Assembly: GCA_947649365.1 (NCBI GenBank)
Contig: CANSRH010000003.1
Location: 12,036-76,035 of the forward strand
DNA length: 64,000 nucleotides
Reading direction: 5' to 3'
Source of the DNA: an uncultured Mycoplasmatota bacterium
GTDB lineage: Bacteria; Bacillota_I; Bacilli_A; RF39; UBA660
Below, one piece after another: positions 60,735-64,000 of this stretch. A program made the position numbers and the translations under genes. Within the stretch, counting starts at the first letter, position 1, and every line of letters starts with the position of its first letter. The notes under the pieces were generated by a model, which saw only the letters and a list, made by a program, of their open reading frames with translations, searched no databases and was not told the DNA's origin.

Positions 60735-61185
60735 TTTTGTCTTCTCCTTTTAGTATAGCAATGGTTAGAAGAAATACTCCTAGAACAATAGCGATATCGG
60801 CAAAATTAAATATGGGATATTGGTAATGGCCAAATTGAAAAGATAGAAAATCTCTAACATACCCTAAAAAAATTCGATCAATTAGATTGCCAAAAATTCC
60901 TCCAATTAAAAGTCCAAAAGCTAAATTGTTTCTTTTGTTGGTTTGAAAATTGTACATATAACGAGCCAGAATAATTAGTGCAACTATGCTTGCTATAATC
61001 AATATTTCTAATTTGTAATTAAAAAGACTCCATGCTGCTCCATAGTTTTCTATACAATGGATAGAAAAAAAGTTTTTTATTAAATTCATTTTTCCATTTA
61101 TTCCTATAAATGTGGAAATTAAAATTTTTGTTAGTTGATCAATTAATAACGTAATAACAGAGACTGCAAATATTTTTCTATTCAT
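60712..61185 (-). CDS. lspA: lipoprotein signal peptidase (signal peptidase II)
   Basis: NxGAAWS-like (NYGAAWSLF) and FNFAD motifs, 4 TM. Confidence 0.8.
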   Translation of the reverse strand: MNRKIFAVSVITLLIDQLTKILISTFIGINGKMNLIKNFFSIHCIENYGAAWSLFNYKLEILIIASIVALIILARYMYNFQTNKRNNLAFGLLIGGIFGNLIDRIFLGYVRDFLSFQFGHYQYPIFNFADIAIVLGVFLLTIAILKGEDKNENRSKQ

Positions 61186-61225
61186 ATTTATCGCCGCTTC
61201 CTAGAGTATTATAACAAGGTAAGAA

Positions 61226-61447
61226 TTAGATTTCAACCAATATTACATCTTCTCCTATTTTCTTTATTTGTCCCATACTAATACTTGTTTCTCCGGTTGG
61301 ACCAAAAAAACGAAAGAAACGTTTTGGTTCGACAATAAAGTATTTTATGGTTCCGTTTTCTTCTAGTTCAATATCAACAATTCGACCTAGTCTTCGTCCA
61401 TCTATCATGCTTACCACATCTTTGATTTGTAAATCTGAAACACGCAT
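61226..61447 (-). CDS. ylmC: YlmC/YmxH family (PRC-barrel) sporulation-associated protein
   Basis: MRVSDLQIKDVVSMIDGRRLGRIVDIELEENGTIKYFIV; start placed at internal Met with AAAGGTGG RBS (ORF extends to 61513). Confidence 0.6.
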   Translation of the reverse strand: MRVSDLQIKDVVSMIDGRRLGRIVDIELEENGTIKYFIVEPKRFFRFFGPTGETSISMGQIKKIGEDVILVEI

Positions 61448-61534
61448 TTTACCACCTTTATAAAAAATATGATGGAATGGAAAATAAAGAACTTTTATTG
61501 ATTCTTCCTCCACTATTTTATAAAAAAAAGAAGA

Positions 61535-62404
61535 TTACTCTTCTATAATTCCATAGACCATTCCAATATTAGTTGGAACAATATATTTTGCTTCTATATG
61601 TTCTGCTACTACTAATACAAATGCACACATGGCACGAGTAGCATTCCACCAATTTGGATCTTCTACTCTACTTTTAATTTCATTCAAAGAGATTTCCTGA
61701 AAATATCTAATGGTTTCTTTTGTTCTTGTCACCCTATCCATCATCACTGGAGCAAGATTATCTTCATAACACGTATTTTCTTCATAAAATATTCCAGAAA
61801 GTCTTGCAAACTTTTCGTGTGCTCCACCAGCAAGTATTAAAATATTCGCTTTTTCTTTTGGCAAGTTTAATCTTTCTTTAATATATTTTTTTACCTCTTC
61901 TAATGAAGACATGGCAATATCATCATTTAAGTCTGGAAATCTTTCTAGGACATCCATAACACCGATATTTGAATTTACTTTTTCTTTTATTCCATTATCG
62001 AAAAGAGCAATTTCTGTAGAACCCCCTCCACCAATAAAAACGCAAACTTTTTCTTTTACTTTTTTTGTAGCTCCTAAAACAGTGAAATCTCCTTCTTCTT
62101 CTTGAGAAATAATGTGAAATTCAAGTCCTGTTTCTTTTTTGAATCTATCCAAAAATTCTTCTTTTTCGGCTTCTTTTAATTCTCTAAAAATACTTGTTCC
62201 ACAAACGTATATATTTTGATATTCTTTCCGTAACTCGTTTATAATGCTAATTAAATCTTCTAAGTCACTAGTTCTTAATTTTTTATCTTCTTGGTAATGC
62301 TTTTTAAAAAATATGGTTTTTTCTTGTATTCGTTTTACTTTTTCTCCATCGTATTTGTCTATTTTGGTAACGGTAGAACCTACTTCTACTATGATTTTAT
62401 TCAT
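61535..62404 (-). CDS. ASKHA-fold (Ppx/GppA- or sugar-kinase-like) protein, tentative
   Basis: IIVEVGSTVTKI N-terminal phosphate-1 like motif and VFIGGGGSTEIALF second Gly-rich motif. Confidence 0.35.
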   Translation of the reverse strand: MNKIIVEVGSTVTKIDKYDGEKVKRIQEKTIFFKKHYQEDKKLRTSDLEDLISIINELRKEYQNIYVCGTSIFRELKEAEKEEFLDRFKKETGLEFHIISQEEEGDFTVLGATKKVKEKVCVFIGGGGSTEIALFDNGIKEKVNSNIGVMDVLERFPDLNDDIAMSSLEEVKKYIKERLNLPKEKANILILAGGAHEKFARLSGIFYEENTCYEDNLAPVMMDRVTRTKETIRYFQEISLNEIKSRVEDPNWWNATRAMCAFVLVVAEHIEAKYIVPTNIGMVYGIIEE

Positions 62405-62418
62405 CTTCTTTCCTTTCG

Positions 62419-62865
62419 CTATTTTGTTCCTGTAGATCCAAAACCATTACTTCCTCTTTCTGAATCTTCCAAATCTGTTACTTCTTTAAAATTAGCTTTT
62501 AAATAAGGAGTAAGAATCAATTGAGCAATTCTTTCATTTGGTTCAATCGTTTGTTCTTTTTCTCCATGATTATGGATTACCACCATGACTTCTCCACGAT
62601 AATCGGAGTCTATTACTCCAACTTTGTTGGCAGGTGCTAAATCTCTTTTGGAAGCTAGTCCGCTTCTTGCATAAATAAGTCCTGCGTATCCAGCTGGTAT
62701 TTCTAATGAAATCCCTGTTGGAACCATTTTTGTTTCATGCGGAGCAAATATCATCTCTTCTTCTATACACGCATAAAGGTCTGCTCCTGCGGCATTGTCT
62801 GTTCCATAAGTTGGAATTTTAGCTGTCTCTTTTACTTTTTTTATTTTTACTTCTTCTATTAACAT
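62419..62865 (-). CDS. dut: dUTP diphosphatase
   Basis: AGADLYA, ARSGLA, GVIDSDYRGEV motifs. Confidence 0.85.
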   Translation of the reverse strand: MLIEEVKIKKVKETAKIPTYGTDNAAGADLYACIEEEMIFAPHETKMVPTGISLEIPAGYAGLIYARSGLASKRDLAPANKVGVIDSDYRGEVMVVIHNHGEKEQTIEPNERIAQLILTPYLKANFKEVTDLEDSERGSNGFGSTGTK

Positions 62866-63434
62866 CTACATGCACCACTTTCTATATTGTTTAATTCTTT
62901 TGTTTCTGTCAAATTTGAATTGTCTATGTATAAAACAATTTCTCCTTTTTCTAAAGACTTTTTGACATCGATGATTCTTTGATTGGAACTTCCTACGTAA
63001 TGTAGCTTTTCATTGGCAAGCTTTAAAATAAATCTTCCTTCTAGTAAAACATCAATATTTTCTAAAATTTCTTTTAAATGTTTGTCTTCTTTTAATTGAC
63101 TCATTAATTCTTCCCATGTATATCCTGTGTAAGACCAAATGGTTTTGGTTGGATATAACTTTTTGACATTGGTAACTAAGTCTCGAATTGTTTTACGATT
63201 TGCTAGAAAGAGAGGATCTCCTCCTGAAAGAGTGAGTCCACTGCACCAATCGGCTTCTAATTCTTTGTAGATTTCTTTTATTGCATCGTCATCAAAATCT
63301 AACCCATCCTTTTCATCCCAAGTTAGGGCATTTTGACAAGCTGGACAATGATGGATACATCCACTTGTCCATAGTACTACTCTTAATCCTTCTCCATTTA
63401 ACATGTCTGCTTTTGTTATGTTATGGTATTTCAT
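62859..63434 (-). CDS. nrdG: anaerobic ribonucleoside-triphosphate reductase activating protein (radical SAM)
   Basis: GCIHHCPACQN Cys cluster; follows nrdD. Confidence 0.8.
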   Translation of the reverse strand: MKYHNITKADMLNGEGLRVVLWTSGCIHHCPACQNALTWDEKDGLDFDDDAIKEIYKELEADWCSGLTLSGGDPLFLANRKTIRDLVTNVKKLYPTKTIWSYTGYTWEELMSQLKEDKHLKEILENIDVLLEGRFILKLANEKLHYVGSSNQRIIDVKKSLEKGEIVLYIDNSNLTETKELNNIESGACRC

Positions 63435-63446
63435 GTGTTTTCCTCC

Positions 63447-64000
63447 TTACATTGAAAGTCTTTCTGCAATTTCTACCATTTTTGCTTTATTGAGTCTAGT
63501 ATCACCGTGTACTCTTGAGTAAGACAAGTAGCCATTCATACGGTCAATTTTTGTAAGGTCGGAACTGCCACATTTCGGACAAGTATCCATATCTAATTCT
63601 TCATGTCCACAATTACTACAATAGGCTAAAGATAAATTGACTCCTTCGTAGAATCCTTTTTCCATCGCTCTTTCTATATAAGTAATCATTGCTTCTTTGT
63701 TGTAATTTAAATTGTATCTTACATACTGAATTCTTCCGCCACGGAAAAGGTCCCAAAATCTGCCTTCTAAATCTTGTTTTTCGATTCCACTTATGTCTTC
63801 CCAAACACCACAGTGGAAAGAATTGCTTACATATTCTCTTGAAGAAACCCCTTCTATTACTCCATATTTTTTTCGGAATAATTCTACTTGTAAACCACAT
63901 AAATTTTCTGCTGGTGTACCATAAATAGCATAAAGAATGTTGTCTTCCTTCTTGAATTCCTGGATTTTTTCATTGATGTATTTCATGACATCCAAAGCAA
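63447..64000 (-). CDS. nrdD: anaerobic ribonucleoside-triphosphate reductase, C-terminal part (gene continues beyond window end)
   Basis: C-terminal glycyl-radical/Zn-ribbon region CSNCGHEELDMDTCPKCGSSD and RVHGDTR motif. Confidence 0.8.
   Translation of the reverse strand, partial: ALDVMKYINEKIQEFKKEDNILYAIYGTPAENLCGLQVELFRKKYGVIEGVSSREYVSNSFHCGVWEDISGIEKQDLEGRFWDLFRGGRIQYVRYNLNYNKEAMITYIERAMEKGFYEGVNLSLAYCSNCGHEELDMDTCPKCGSSDLTKIDRMNGYLSYSRVHGDTRLNKAKMVEIAERLSM

Noticed and set aside
1-64000. CRISPR arrays, tRNA or rRNA genes, IS elements or transposases, prophage structural genes
   Set aside because: Scanned for short regularly spaced direct repeats, cloverleaf-like GC-rich about 75-nt islands and transposase or integrase motifs. 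None found. The only regular repeat is the intragenic 459-bp coding repeat.

Overview
This 64-kb window is a chromosomal segment from a very AT-rich (about 25-30% GC), endospore-forming low-GC Firmicute. Coding is dense and mostly on the minus strand.

Recognisable core genes:
- priA, deoD, an SPFH/NfeD pair, a U32 peptidase and a PAP2-DgkA fusion.
- rlmD-like methyltransferase and a gerA-type germination operon (A-C-B).
- The Bacillus-like block lexA <-> MazG-like-tkt-sirA-like-yneF.
- Rhomboid protease, rluD-lspA, ylmC, dut and nrdG-nrdD.

Accessory-looking genes are interspersed:
- A BceRS/BceAB-type peptide-antibiotic sensing module with a candidate BceR box.
- An ABC-2 exporter, a membrane GDPD, Hsp20 and a TfoX-N-domain protein.
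- A DUF5131 (phage Gp37/Gp68-like) gene beside a 706-aa unknown protein.
- An ORF6N/KilA-N protein and DUF1653.
- A decayed RhuM gene next to a gene-free segment that is even more AT-rich.
- A frameshifted XRE HTH gene.

The most striking locus is a two-gene minus-strand operon at 17.3-20.5 kb. It encodes a cytoplasmic vWA (MIDAS) protein followed by a 790-aa N-terminal J-domain (HPD) coiled-coil protein. The J-protein gene carries about 2.5 near-identical in-frame 459-bp tandem repeats. The operon appears to be driven by a textbook phase-variable promoter, TTGACA-[7 nt + G10]-TATAAT. The 10-nt poly-G/C tract is the only long G/C homopolymer in the window and sits exactly in the -35/-10 spacer.

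A promoter- and terminator-bounded non-coding region between lexA and the rhomboid gene may encode a small RNA. No rRNA, tRNA or CRISPR arrays were seen.

Functional calls rest on motif recognition by eye and are unverified by search.
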